A stretch of 63,159 bases of DNA, filler included, from Craspedostauros australis (GCA_030167865.1; 12 parts of 12 records of this genome joined end to end with filler, not necessarily neighbours in it); one strand, 5' to 3'; positions 49,914-63,159 are shown, counted from the whole stretch's first letter. Notes: a model not told the origin generated them from the letters alone. A program made the numbers and translations.

Positions 49914-50429
49914 AAGACCAACATCTTGACTGGTTATTCGATGTGCATGCCGAGCAGCGCCGTGCAGTGCATTCCGATGCAATCGGACACAATGCAATGC
50001 CAAAGCCACACGCGCTTTCGGGTAGCCATCATCTCTCTGACACAGCATAGATTCAACTCATAACATCCCATAGAGCCATCCAAGCCGACATCTCCACAAC
50101 ACTTGACTCCAGAGCACTATTCGATACGGCCATGTACGCAATCCAACCAATCATTGTGGTCCTTTTCTACCGACGGGACGAGCAGGGGTGCGCGTATTTT
50201 CTCCACCAGCTTGCTACGATGCATGGACGATTCGAAGGTAGAATAGAATTCAATACCTCTGGGCCATTGAAACGCATCTTGAGTACTCGTGTGGAGTTAG
50301 TCCACCGTTGCTCTGGAGAGACAGTCTTGTCATTATGTTACCTCATCCTAATATATAATATAATAGAATAATACACAAGTAATACTACGGCATGATACAT
50401 CCCCCATTTGTTTCATTAGTGGAGTACCT

Positions 50430-51689
50430 CTAGAGTCCATGCTCCGAGATGAATGCGTCGATGGCTGGCATATCGCATGTGTATGCGAATGGGAAATCCA
50501 TCGCTTGTGTTGCGATGAATTGCAGAAGACCATGCAGAAGGAAGGCGTAGAATGAAAGCCGCAGTCCCTTGCTGGCGTTCTTTGCGCTGATGGACGCTTC
50601 AGATGTTGATGTAGCAGCGGCAGTCTTGTTGTGCTGCCTCATGTTCTTTGGAATCGTCATGTAGATGAGGGTCGCCACCATCAGCAGCATGTAGGCGCCG
50701 TGAGTGGTGGTTAGGTGCTGGATGCGGATACTGATGATGTCATGGTGGTGAGCAGGACACCCTGTCATTCGGAACGCAATACGAAAGCCCCACCGTGAGA
50801 ACCCTGTGCCGCAGATCGTCGTCATGAGCAAGGTCATGTACGTGATGTGGAGTCGGAAGCGCACGGCGCGGCTGGGGATGCGCTTGGTGTCGTGCAGGCT
50901 GGAGCGGCTCAACCACCAGAACATGGCGATCATGGTCGGCGTGAGAAGTGCTGCGGCGAAAGGTAGGGAGTACTGAGCGGTCTGCCAGATGGTTGGATGG
51001 ACGGCATCCGCCAACAGATGCCCCTGTGCCAATGCGGCCGACTTGGTGGACACGAAGACCCAGGAAGCGTTTGTGTGGAGTTCGAGGATTATGGCTGGGA
51101 GGAGCACGTCCAAGGCGAACCAACCCAGGATGGAATGCAGTCTGTAGGCCTTGAAGATGGCGGTTAGGACCTGCACGGTGGATACGACAGCCCAAAGGGA
51201 CATGAGGACGAGGTGGAGGTGGTCAATGAGGTAGCGCTGGAGCTCGGGGAGGCTGCCGCCACTCCATGAGTTCTTGGTGACCACGTAGATGATGAATGGG
51301 ATCATCGCTGACATGCACATGACGAGGTTGATCATGGCGAGCGTTCTTGACGTGACCTTGGGGATGTGCCAATGACGGTAGGCGTGAAGGCAGATGACGA
51401 TAGTGAAGATGGTGCTGACGGTCCAGTACGATGACGGCAGAGTCTCGGCGAAGATGGGAGCCTGACCTTCGTTTGTACCATTGGTACTGCTGATGTTGCC
51501 TGCGACGAAGTTCTCACCACCAAGCATTGAGGAGAAGAAGCTGGTGCTTTCGATGGATGATATCGCCGAGGCATCAGTCAACGAACTGCTGCTGAGGTTG
51601 GAACCATTGGATGGAATGGTGAGCATTACAGAGGATGCTATGTCATGAGATGGCAGGGCCACGTTCGGTCGAGGGATGCAGATATTCAT
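50430..51689 (-). CDS. Multi-pass membrane protein, unknown function
   Basis: About 8 hydrophobic segments with His residues (DHLH, RLH, RLHI). Start chosen at MNICIPR; the ORF extends to 51893. Confidence 0.7.
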   Translation of the reverse strand: MNICIPRPNVALPSHDIASSVMLTIPSNGSNLSSSSLTDASAISSIESTSFFSSMLGGENFVAGNISSTNGTNEGQAPIFAETLPSSYWTVSTIFTIVICLHAYRHWHIPKVTSRTLAMINLVMCMSAMIPFIIYVVTKNSWSGGSLPELQRYLIDHLHLVLMSLWAVVSTVQVLTAIFKAYRLHSILGWFALDVLLPAIILELHTNASWVFVSTKSAALAQGHLLADAVHPTIWQTAQYSLPFAAALLTPTMIAMFWWLSRSSLHDTKRIPSRAVRFRLHITYMTLLMTTICGTGFSRWGFRIAFRMTGCPAHHHDIISIRIQHLTTTHGAYMLLMVATLIYMTIPKNMRQHNKTAAATSTSEASISAKNASKGLRLSFYAFLLHGLLQFIATQAMDFPFAYTCDMPAIDAFISEHGL

Positions 51690-54280
51690 GTTGCTTTGGT
51701 ACAGTTGCGAGAATAGTAGAATGCGTTGATGCGTATATGCGTGTATGTGTGATGGCAGGAGTATGACAGTGCTGCACGATGTACGAGTCCATGAAATAGT
51801 TATATGCGTTTTGCGTGGCTTTGCTTTATTCTCGTGTTGGGTTTTATGACGACCAGGGTCACAAAGATGCCGACGAAACGTCCTACATGCCATTCACATC
51901 GTCGCTGATGACATAGTACGAGCGATTCCGAGACCATAGTGGTGGGTCCCCGTTGCAGCACCCTCGCTAGCACTGGCATATGTGTTGCCTTGTTCCACAT
52001 GCAGCTCATGTGTCAAATGAATTGTTGATGTGCGTTCCTACGCATTCGAACAGCGAACTTGGGGCACCATCTCCGGCCTCGGAGCGTTGCTGACAGGAAT
52101 CGGTTTGGAGCTTTCCTTCATTGAACGTCACAGATCTCTGCAGAGTATCAACATGTGACGCTCTGCATTTGCATGTTTACCTCTACCTAACACAACCATG
52201 CTCGAATAAATCTCGGCCCTCTCAGGAATACCGGGTCCATCCCCGCATCACCTTCCCCCTGTCTGTTTCCACACAGTTGTGAGCTGCCTGGGCATCTGGA
52301 TGGTATTGCCTCTGTGCCCTTCTCACTGACATCGCTCGCGGCTGTCGCCTTTGGGAGGTGATTGCTTTGCTGAGACATCGTTTGGTCAAGGAATCGTGAA
52401 CACGACGACGAGCGCACGCGTTCGCGCGTTCACGCGTCCATGCTTTGCCACCCAGACTCGCACGACGACAGGAGATGCGGAAGTGTGGGTCGATTCGGGG
52501 ATCGTTCGTGATGATTGAGATATTCTGGGTGAAGGTATGACAAAACGGGCGGCTTCGGTTGCGGCTGTGTTGGTTGAATGATCTCCAAAAGAACAGCACA
52601 TTTTTAGCATTGCCATTTCCGTGGCACCAAGGTGGCGCGTGTGTGTGGAGAAAAAGCAGAACCTTGTGAAACAGCTCCAGAATTAATGGGCTCCGCCTGC
52701 TGGTGCGCAAGCGTCGTTCATTCAATCCGAACACTGAACCGCCAACAACTATGACATCGCCGAATCAATTGATCCAATCGTTCAACCGCGCTCAACGTGA
52801 ATTGGTTGACTATTCCATTGCACAGGTGCTCTGCTCTGGTCTACTCAACTTGACTCAAGTCTGCTCCACCCAACTCGACTTGTGAATTTGGGTGCACAGC
52901 ATGAAGCAACGAACAGCCCAAGATAGACGATTGCAGCAGAAGCGCCATGTCAGAGAAGAAAGGATGGAGGCAATGTCAAGGTGCCACGTATCGCAATGCT
53001 TCTGAAATAGATTCACGGCACCGGAGTGTAGCATGCGTTTGCTCGCATACCAGAGTAGTTTCGCAATGCGGTCTGTACTCACGTACAAGCCTTGCGTGGA
53101 TTCATCCATCCGCCATCGCACCAATCACGCATCATCCAAAGGCATGCATCTAACAAAAATGATGGCGGTCGAGGAAACATGAGCAATCAGAACAAGATGT
53201 ACTAATCACATTGTATGCCACCCCACCATACTGATACGTTTCCCTGCTACTACCAGGAAACAATACTCCATGCTGCTTCTCCCACAACATACCGCGCCAC
53301 ACCATACCTTCAGGGAACGCTACCCAATGGCAGATAGGTACAGACACAATTACGATCACGTATTCTGGAGATCAGAAACGTCCTTCAAACAGAAACGATC
53401 GGCCTTTGGAGACTGGACATCATTGCCGCGGACATGTTGTTCATCGCATCTGTCTGAACGTAGGTAGTGCAACCTCCGTCCTAAATCGCCACTGCTGGTT
53501 CGTCAAGGCTCGTATGTCCGCTCTGCGTTGATTTGTGAAACGAGGTGGTCATTTTGTCCACGAAACCCAAAAAGTCGTCATTCGACGCATCCGTGAATGG
53601 TAGTGGAACCGAGTGACTGAAAAGTGCGACATCCGTGAAGCATGATACCATTCCGCACAACACAAATCGGAGAAGCTGAGGAAACGAACCACGCAGGCCA
53701 GAGGAGGTCTCCAGACGTACCAACGCGAGCACTCAGCATGATCGAAGCACTTTAACATCTAGCTCGTAGGTCGTACTCTCACCGTACTTGTACTCGCATA
53801 ACCACTCTGCAACAATCTCTGGTGGCTAGTACTACTGTTAGAACGTAATCGTAGATGGGTGTGAAGGATACCGCACCGAGAACGTAGAGTGATCAAGTCG
53901 TTGTTGTTGGTGAGGAGAGTGTTTGTTTACTGTNTTATTCGTATGGTAGTAGGAATGCTGTCGAGCTCACAAGATGGTTTCTTGAGAACTGTGAGCATGA
54001 GAGAGGCATGACATGATCTCATGCAATTGCAAGTACAATTAACACGGAGACAACACGACAAATGTGCGTGTTACTGCGTGAAGATGAGGTGCAAAGAGTC
54101 AATGAACAAAACACCGCGATAGCCCGTGTTGTGAATTACGTCTTCTCACGATGTTGCTAGTAGTACGATCACACGATTGANNNNNNNNNNNNNNNNNNNN
54201 NNNNNNNNNNNNNNNNNNNNNNNNTTAATTAATTAANNNNNNNNNNNNNNNNNNNNNNNNNNNNNNNNNNNNNNNNNNNN

Positions 54281-56298
54281 TGGGTGACAGGGATATCATT
54301 GTCAATCACCACGACGTCATCATGTGTGGGAACGAACTCATTCATGTTGATGTGTCTGGGATGGTCCGGTAGGTCGATGTGATCGACTGACATGATGGGA
54401 GTGTCCTTGTCACGAACAACATTGTCGGCGGGAGGGTCTTTGTGAGGACAGGAATTCGTCATGGAGTTGCATGCGGAAAACGGTTGGTGAATGTCTGGTT
54501 GTGCTGTGTGTTGACGTGGCTTCCATGGCGTATCTCTGGTGATAGTGTATGACGGCAACGTTGAAATGTCTTCATCTGTTGGCGATGATAGTTGGAAAGT
54601 CATGAGTGCATTGTGGAGAACAAGGTTAATGCACACATCGTCAGATGGATGGAACAATTGTGTCCCGTGTTGACGAGGTTGCATGGACTTGTAGTGTTCC
54701 TTTGCGACTGAATCAACCACACATCCGGCCTCCCTCAGCTGAAACTCTGACAAGAGTGTCACCCGACTCAGGGGGTTCAGTGCACACTCGTGTGCTCGGA
54801 GGATGATGTTCTTCCCATTTGATGTCGTTGCCTTGGTGACAGCGGACACAACGCGGAGTCCATTCTTACGCATCGATGATGGGATGGCCCCGATGATGTT
54901 GATGAATCGATGTGGGTGTACGATCTCCACCTGCCATGCATCCCCAAGGCTGCCAAGAATGGAGCATTGTGCACCACTGTCACAGATTGCATACGCTGGC
55001 TCTTCAACGTTTGTGGCATTGGCCTGGATGTGTACATTGGTTGATGTAGCCAGAGGATCTTGTGGTCGTGCAGTCACTGGCATGAGCATGACGGGGCTGT
55101 AGTGAGTCTGCACCATGCCAGTAAAGAACCGTTCATCTGTGTCATGTGCATCATACACATCGTATGTCTCGTCGGTGTGGTCACTGGAGGACGATTCAAC
55201 GGCATAGGATTGTACATCACCAACCTGGCTGTATCCGTCTTGCTCGGTTTGGTTGACGTTGTACTGCATTGGCATGGCACTGGGATTGGCAGGCGCCCCT
55301 GTTTGTTGTCTGACGGTAGTGGGTGGTAGTGCAGGAACCCCCCCTTGACCCTGTGTCCCTTGCCGCATGGTGGTACCACGGCGGTCTGGAAGACGGCCAG
55401 ACATGCCACGAATGCGTGAGCGCAGATGCCTGATTGCACGTCGAACAGAGGCAGGGAGACTTTGGAACGTGTCGCCATCAATGTAGTCAGGGTCGTCCGA
55501 CAGCCGTGTGAGGTGAGGCTGGGCTGCATAAACGAGTGCCTCAGCATGAGCATCGTCGCATGCCAGTTTCTGCGCGAGGAAGACAATGCTGTCATTGATG
55601 GCGGTGGGAGGTTCTGTTTCCTGGTAGATGTGATGCTGTGTGGTGACAGACTGGATGGCACGATCACGTGGGCGTGCTTTTCGTCGGTGTAGGGACTGCT
55701 GAACTGTACGTTGTTCACGTGCTAGGGCCTGGATGTTGGTACAGAATGCTTGGAATGAGAATGTCCGGTCGTTGGTGCGGACCAAATTCATCCAGCCAAC
55801 GTACTCCTGGTTCTGGGATGCGATGATTGCCCGACTGAGCTCCTCGCACATGGCCACATCGTCAAACTTGTCACGGTCTCGAGCAACCTCGTCGTTGTAG
55901 GCCAAGATGTTGTCCCTGAAGTCATCGATGTACTGTACCAGGTCGTCAGTGGGGCGAAGCTGGCGTCGTGTGCGGTCAACCAGTGCGGTGGATCGCATCT
56001 TGCGGTTGTGACGGTTGTCGCAAGCCTCCAGCATCTCCTGCCAGATGCGCACACCGTTCCGGTCATTCGATCCACGAAGAAGATATCCAATACTGGATTC
56101 CCCAACAGCGTCATCAAGGAAACGAGCCAGGAGTCCCATGTCGGACTTCAACTGGACAGCATCGATGGGCAGGGGGCCTTCATAGAAGTCATCCAGGTAG
56201 TAGTCAAGTACCTTGCGACCGTGTTTGCTGTGCAGCTTGGCAAAGACGGGGTTGAGCAGGTATCCCATTCCATAGGGCATAAGGAAGCCAGTGAAGGC
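54281..56298 (-). mobile_element. Ty1/copia gag-protease fragment (second family)
   Basis: Gag-like NGVRIWQEM..C and protease AICDSGA. 54281-55375 is the reverse complement of 56399-57493. Confidence 0.85.
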
Positions 56299-56398
56299 NN
56301 NNNNNNNNNNNNNNNNNNNNNNNNNNNNNNNNNNNNNNNNNNTTAATTAATTAANNNNNNNNNNNNNNNNNNNNNNNNNNNNNNNNNNNNNNNNNNNN

Positions 56399-58262
56399 TA
56401 CCACCATGCGGCAAGGGACACAGGGTCAAGGGGGGGTTCCTGCACTACCACCCACTACCGTCAGACAACAAACAGGGGCGCCTGCCAATCCCAGTGCCAT
56501 GCCAATGCAGTACAACGTCAACCAAACCGAGCAAGACGGATACAGCCAGGTTGGTGATGTACAATCCTATGCCGTTGAATCGTCCTCCAGTGACCACACC
56601 GACGAGACATACGATGTGTATGATGCACATGACACAGATGAACGGTTCTTTACTGGCATGGTGCAGACTCACTACAGCCCCGTCATGCTCATGCCAGTGA
56701 CTGCACGACCACAAGATCCTCTGGCTACATCAACCAATGTACACATCCAGGCCAATGCCACAAACGTTGAAGAGCCAGCGTATGCAATCTGTGACAGTGG
56801 TGCACAATGCTCCATTCTTGGCAGCCTTGGGGATGCATGGCAGGTGGAGATCGTACACCCACATCGATTCATCAACATCATCGGGGCCATCCCATCATCG
56901 ATGCGTAAGAATGGACTCCGCGTTGTGTCCGCTGTCACCAAGGCAACGACATCAAATGGGAAGAACATCATCCTCCGAGCACACGAGTGTGCACTGAACC
57001 CCCTGAGTCGGGTGACACTCTTGTCAGAGTTTCAGCTGAGGGAGGCCGGATGTGTGGTTGATTCAGTCGCAAAGGAACACTACAAGTCCATGCAACCTCG
57101 TCAACACGGGACACAATTGTTCCATCCATCTGACGATGTGTGCATTAACCTTGTTCTCCACAATGCACTCATGACTTTCCAACTATCATCGCCAACAGAT
57201 GAAGACATTTCAACGTTGCCGTCATACACTATCACCAGAGATACGCCATGGAAGCCACGTCAACACACAGCACAACCAGACATTCACCAACCGTTTTCCG
57301 CATGCAACTCCATGACGAATTCCTGTCCTCACAAAGACCCTCCCGCCGACAATGTTGTTCGTGACAAGGACACTCCCATCATGTCAGTCGATCACATCGA
57401 CCTACCGGACCATCCCAGACACATCAACATGAATGAGTTCGTTCCCACACATGATGACGTCGTGGTGATTGACAATGATATCCCTGTCACCCAACAGGAT
57501 TTCTCTGTCCTTAAAGCATTGACCACTGTACCTGGGAAGCTCTGGATGCAACAGTCTCCGTTGGTGGATCCAGACGACACCACCGTTCCCGTTGCCAACA
57601 CACGCAAGGCATTGACCGATGACGTGTCTGCCTACGATGACCTGTCTGATGCCCTGCGGCACCAACACCATCAACGGCTGAACCAGACTGCTCCAGATGC
57701 TCAGAACGTCCATGATGTGGGATTCCGAACCAAGGCAAAGCATGTCATCGACGACCCGGCCAAGCTACAGCCCTATCTGGGATGGCGCAACATACGGATT
57801 ATCCAAGAGACAGTCAAACGAACAACACAAAACTGCAAAGCCGTCATCCGTTGGCCGATGATTCGACACCTTCGCTCACGCTTTGCTTGGATGCGACGCC
57901 CACGTCTCCGTGAGGTGGTGGCCACTGACACCTTCTTTTCCAATGTCCCCTCCTATGGTGAAAACTACACATGTGTCCAGGTTTTCTTTGGCACTTCATC
58001 TCACGTCATCAATGTCATTGGCCTACGGTCCAAACAACAGGCCCATGATGCCATCAACTACTTCATTCGTGATGAAGGTGCACCCTGGGCGTTTCGGATG
58101 GATAACGCTGGCGAACAAACTGGGGAGAAGGTTGACGCCATCCTCCGTGAACTGCACATCGGCGTGGAGCTATCCGAACCAGACTATCAGAATCAGAATC
58201 CCGCTGAACTCCGTGCCGTCAAGTGGCTGAAGACGAACGTGCACGCCATCCTTGACCGTTCA
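56399..58262 (+). mobile_element. Ty1/copia protease-integrase fragment, copy A
   Basis: AICDSGA, LLSEFQLRE, and integrase DDE motifs VATDTFF / RMDNAGE / QNQNPAE. Confidence 0.9.
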
Positions 58263-58362
58263 NNNNNNNNNNNNNNNNNNNNNNNNNNNNNNNNNNNNNN
58301 NNNNNNTTAATTAATTAANNNNNNNNNNNNNNNNNNNNNNNNNNNNNNNNNNNNNNNNNNNN

Positions 58363-60226
58363 TACCACCATGCGGCAAGGGACACAGGGTCAAGGGGGGG
58401 TTCCTGCACTACCACCCACTACCGTCAGACAACAAACAGGGGCGCCTGCCAATCCCAGTGCCATGCCAATGCAGTACAACGTCAACCAAACCGAGCAAGA
58501 CGGATACAGCCAGGTTGGTGATGTACAATCCTATGCCGTTGAATCGTCCTCCAGTGACCACACCGACGAGACATACGATGTGTATGATGCACATGACACA
58601 GATGAACGGTTCTTTACTGGCATGGTGCAGACTCACTACAGCCCCGTCATGCTCATGCCAGTGACTGCACGACCACAAGATCCTCTGGCTACATCAACCA
58701 ATGTACACATCCAGGCCAATGCCACAAACGTTGAAGAGCCAGCGTATGCAATCTGTGACAGTGGTGCACAATGCTCCATTCTTGGCAGCCTTGGGGATGC
58801 ATGGCAGGTGGAGATCGTACACCCACATCGATTCATCAACATCATCGGGGCCATCCCATCATCGATGCGTAAGAATGGACTCCGCGTTGTGTCCGCTGTC
58901 ACCAAGGCAACGACATCAAATGGGAAGAACATCATCCTCCGAGCACACGAGTGTGCACTGAACCCCCTGAGTCGGGTGACACTCTTGTCAGAGTTTCAGC
59001 TGAGGGAGGCCGGATGTGTGGTTGATTCAGTCGCAAAGGAACACTACAAGTCCATGCAACCTCGTCAACACGGGACACAATTGTTCCATCCATCTGACGA
59101 TGTGTGCATTAACCTTGTTCTCCACAATGCACTCATGACTTTCCAACTATCATCGCCAACAGATGAAGACATTTCAACGTTGCCGTCATACACTATCACC
59201 AGAGATACGCCATGGAAGCCACGTCAACACACAGCACAACCAGACATTCACCAACCGTTTTCCGCATGCAACTCCATGACGAATTCCTGTCCTCACAAAG
59301 ACCCTCCCGCCGACAATGTTGTTCGTGACAAGGACACTCCCATCATGTCAGTCGATCACATCGACCTACCGGACCATCCCAGACACATCAACATGAATGA
59401 GTTCGTTCCCACACATGATGACGTCGTGGTGATTGACAATGATATCCCTGTCACCCAGCAGGATTTCTCTGTCCTTAAAGCATTGACCACTGTACCTGGG
59501 AAGCTCTGGATGCAACAGTCTCCGTTGGTGGATCCAGACGATACCACTGTGCCCGTTGCCAACACACGCAAGGCATTGACCGATGACGTGTCTGCCTACG
59601 ATGACCTGTCTGATGCCCTGCGGCACCAACACCATCAACGGCTGAACCAGACTGCTCCAGATGCTCAGAACGTCCATGATGTGGGATTCCGAACCAAGGC
59701 AAAGCATGTCATCGACGACCCGGCCAAGCTACAGCCCTATCTGGGATGGCGCAACATACGGATTATCCAAGAGACAGTCAAACGAACAACACAAAACTGC
59801 AAAGCCGTCATCCGTTGGCCGATGATTCGACACCTTCGCTCACGCTTTGCTTGGATGCGACGCCCACGTCTCCGTGAGGTGGTGGCCACTGACACCTTCT
59901 TTTCCAATGTCCCCTCCTATGGTGAAAACTACACATGTGTCCAGGTTTTCTTTGGCACTTCATCTCACGTCATCAATGTCATTGGCCTACGGTCCAAACA
60001 ACAGGCCCATGATGCCATCAACTACTTCATTCGTGATGAAGGTGCACCCTGGGCGTTTCGGATGGATAACGCTGGCGAACAAACTGGGGAGAAGGTTGAC
60101 GCCATCCTCCGTGAACTGCACATCGGCGTGGAGCTATCCGAACCAGACTATCAGAATCAGAATCCCGCTGAACTCCGTGCCGTCAAGTGGCTGAAGACGA
60201 ACGTGCACGCCATCCTTGACCGTTCA
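58363..60226 (+). mobile_element. Ty1/copia protease-integrase fragment, copy B
   Basis: Same length and identical protein to copy A; four synonymous differences noticed. Confidence 0.9.
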
Positions 60227-60326
60227 NNNNNNNNNNNNNNNNNNNNNNNNNNNNNNNNNNNNNNNNNNNNTTAATTAATTAANNNNNNNNNNNNNNNNNN
60301 NNNNNNNNNNNNNNNNNNNNNNNNNN

Positions 60327-60560
60327 GCGCACATGCACCAAACTGGAATCTTCCCACTGCACGGCCACGCAATCTTTCTGCGATTGCAACGTCCACGAAC
60401 GCAATTCGCGCACGACGCCGCGCCGTAGACTGCCGTGCGCGTCAAGTTTGGGACCCAATTTGGGTTCGAGCCAGTTGGGACCAGGTTCGACGTTGTCGCC
60501 GACTTGGATTTCGTAGGAGGCAGATGCTCGCAATGTCCAATTCTCCACCATTGCCATGCG
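60327..60560 (-). CDS. Possible MIB/HERC2-like domain fragment
   Basis: IQVGDNVEPGPNW...G...GVVREL.SW....VAVQWED resembles the G.RV.RGPDW...G.V.....V.V.WD pattern. It runs off the contig. Confidence 0.35.
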
Positions 60561-61199
60561 CACTTTGCCCCATACGCAAACAAGGATAGAAACAGCAGAC
60601 ATTCTACTGGGCAACCGTGGAAGGAGACACGCTAGGTTTGGCCACACGCATGTCGTCGAGCACATCCTTCGCTTCAGTGAGACTCACAATACTCGTGCAT
60701 TTGGTACTGGTATGCATCAACATCTGAGACATCGCTGACAAAACGGTGCTGTATCATGCTTGTTTCTTCTCCCAAGTCGATGTAATAGAACGCTTGCTTC
60801 GATGTTACGATATGCGTCCGATGATCAACATTCACGCCCAATAGACAGCGGGATGAGGCTCAGCAGTTGCAAGGGAATGCTCCAACGAGAAGTTGACATC
60901 GGGTACTGCACCATCGCATCATCAGGCGCAGTCCGCCGACGCGTCCGCTCCATTCGAACCGCAGCGACCGCCACGCCAGCCATGCCGCTTGTGCATGCAG
61001 TTTTGAGTACTCTGATGAAACGAGATGACACTTTGACAACAGTAGAATAGCTGTGGATGATGCGCGTACAGTTGTGTGATGTTGCAATAGAGAAATCTAT
61101 CGATGCTTGGTTACAGTTGGCGGTCATTTCTTTCTCATCTGTCTCCACTGCCTGCCGTTCCGCGTAGAGTCGAACTATGGCCGAAGGGTCACAAGGACC

Positions 61200-61859
61200 T
61201 CATGCAACGGCGTCCGCCTTCTCGGTGCAGCTGAAGGAGTCATGGGCGATCACGCACTTGTCCACGGTGCGGTAGTACTCGTGTGGACCATTCTTCAACG
61301 CATCGCACCATGCGGTCTCCCAACGATGGGCCTTGTGCTCAGTCAATGCCGCTTGGAACTTCTCAGCGCCAGATTTCTTCGCCTTGGCGTTGACCTTCTT
61401 CTCCCCGAGGTTGCGAGCCAACGAGGTGATGGTAGAGGAGATGCTTCCTGTGTAGAAGTCATCATCATCGTCATCATCAAAGAAGCAGTAGGGACAAAGG
61501 ATGTCAGCCACGAAGCTGTAGTCCCACGAGATGGGCTGATGATCCCAGGCGAGGCGGTTCATCTCTCCACCATCGAGAGTGTTGACACCAGCGGACGCTC
61601 CACGAAGGCCGGCAGCATCATCCCTCTCCATGGAGGCGACCACACGCTTCTCTTCGAAGATGTCCATGAGATCGACCTTGTCGAAGGAGAGGTCTGGGTG
61701 CACATCGTGGAAGGTCTTCATGAACATGCGGCGAGAGAAGTTGAGCTCCTTGATGGTTGGCTCTTGGGCATGGACACCGCAGGTGTATCCAACGGCGTCA
61801 GCGAATGGAGTGAAAGTCGTGGCGAAATGATGCATCGCGATGGCCAACGGTGCGCGCAT
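61200..61859 (-). CDS. Hypothetical protein, 219 aa
   Basis: Open frame with coding-like codon use and no motif recognised. Confidence 0.45.
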   Translation of the reverse strand: MRAPLAIAMHHFATTFTPFADAVGYTCGVHAQEPTIKELNFSRRMFMKTFHDVHPDLSFDKVDLMDIFEEKRVVASMERDDAAGLRGASAGVNTLDGGEMNRLAWDHQPISWDYSFVADILCPYCFFDDDDDDDFYTGSISSTITSLARNLGEKKVNAKAKKSGAEKFQAALTEHKAHRWETAWCDALKNGPHEYYRTVDKCVIAHDSFSCTEKADAVA

Positions 61860-62015
61860 TCATGACTGTGTACGCACAAGGAGGAAGAAGCAGGTTTCTC
61901 ACAGAAAGTTCCACNNNNNNNNNNNNNNNNNNNNNNNNNNNNNNNNNNNNNNNNNNNNTTAATTAATTAANNNNNNNNNNNNNNNNNNNNNNNNNNNNNN
62001 NNNNNNNNNNNNNNA

Positions 62016-63159
62016 ACGGGAGCCACAGCAGCACAAATCAGCGCAGCCACCAGCATCCACAAGGAACAAGAGCGCCTGTGGAGAGAGTACCGCGCTGTCG
62101 ACAACGCGCTCAAGCAACAACTTCTTGGCGCCGTCGAGGACCAATACGTGCAAACACTTCGGCACAACATTGTGGGATACGCCAACGTCTCCACCCTGCA
62201 GCTGCTCACCCACCTGTACAGCACGTACGGCAAGATCACCCCTCAAGACCTGGATGCCAACGACAAGGCCATGAAGAATGCCTACGATCCAGCGGAGCCA
62301 TTCGAGGTGCTCGTCTCACAGATCGAATCNNNNCGCGATCTTGCCGCGGCAGCCAAGACACCGTACACCGATCACCAGCTGGTCAACACAGCGTACAACC
62401 TTGTGTTCCAAACACAGCAGTTCCCCGAAGCATGCCGTTCTTTCCGTGCCCTCAGTGCAGCCGACAAGACCTGGACACGGTTCAAAGCCTACTTCGCAAC
62501 CGCCCACCAAGACCTCCGCGAAGCCCAGTCGTCCACCACGACTTCGGGGTTCCAAGGAGCCAACGCAGCAACTGCGGCTGAAGAGACAGCCGAGGCTCTC
62601 GCGAACCTCGCGTCAGCCACTGCAGCCGACCGCAACGCCGTCGCCCTTCTCACCGAAAGCAATGCGAACTTGGTCAAGCAACTGTCCGAGATCACCGCCA
62701 TGGTATCCAAGCTTCAAGTCAACACCGCGGGAGCAGGAGGGGCAGCCGCGAAGACGCACAAGCACAAGCACAACTCGTACTGCTGGACACACGGCTACAA
62801 GGTCAGCGCAACACACAACAGCGCCACCTGCAACAAGCCCGCCGAAGGACACAAGCGTGAGGCGACCCGAAGCAACACCATGGGAGGGTCCAACGCGGGA
62901 GCACCGACGAACGCATGACAAAAACGGCAGGAACACAGTAACCAAGTAGTGAACTCCATCACGAATTCATCACCCTGTGTGCCTGCCCTAGCCATTGTCG
63001 ACTCTGGCTGTACCAGCCATTTCCTGCGAGCGACCGATCCGTGCCTCAACAAGACAAACGACAAAAATCCACTCCAAGTGACGCTGCCTGATGGTTCGAC
63101 GATTGAATCGTCGCACCAAGCAACGGTGAGCATGACCAACGTGCCCCAACACGCATGCA
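62016..63159 (+). mobile_element. LTR retrotransposon gag (to 62918) with in-frame protease after a UGA (third family, probably copia)
   Basis: Gag LYSTYGKIT...YDP..PFE and knuckle YCWTHG...HNSATC, then TGA, then the same frame gives AIVDSGCTSHF...VTLPDG..IESSH. Confidence 0.85.

Noticed and set aside
54281..60226. Apparent inverted plus tandem triplication of a retroelement
   Set aside because: The three pieces are separate contigs. A and B have identical ends and the minus copy stops one base before the first A/B SNP, which is the signature of an assembly bubble rather than a physical array.
10145..62014. Recurring TTAATTAATTAA motif
   Set aside because: Always centred in 100-nt N blocks, so it is an artificial contig linker.

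Overview
Eukaryotic DNA, most consistent with a diatom: GT-AG introns, ASAFAP-type plastid presequences, CoDi-like Ty1/copia elements. It is not one locus. Eleven 100-nt N/TTAATTAATTAA/N spacers join 12 separate contigs, so adjacency across spacers means nothing. Gene-rich parts encode a bacterial-type GNAT, a 1389-aa STAND/AAA ATPase, a Cys-rich secreted protein, a protein kinase, Mpv17, DUF952-like and TLDc proteins, and a 3-exon asparagine synthetase fused to a PLP-type domain. The rest is transposon-rich: a nested LINE > copia > solo-LTR stack, CACTA-like ends, and two more copia families. Best leads: (1) the AsnB-PLP fusion looks like a mitochondrial polyprotein with an internal presequence-like cleavable linker; (2) a gag UGA-C stop is followed 7 nt later by a 12/13-bp stem and an in-frame protease, suggesting programmed readthrough; (3) a copia element has AGTT...AACT LTR ends and membrane-spanning segments inside Gag-Pol. 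All family calls come from motif recognition by eye; no database search was run.
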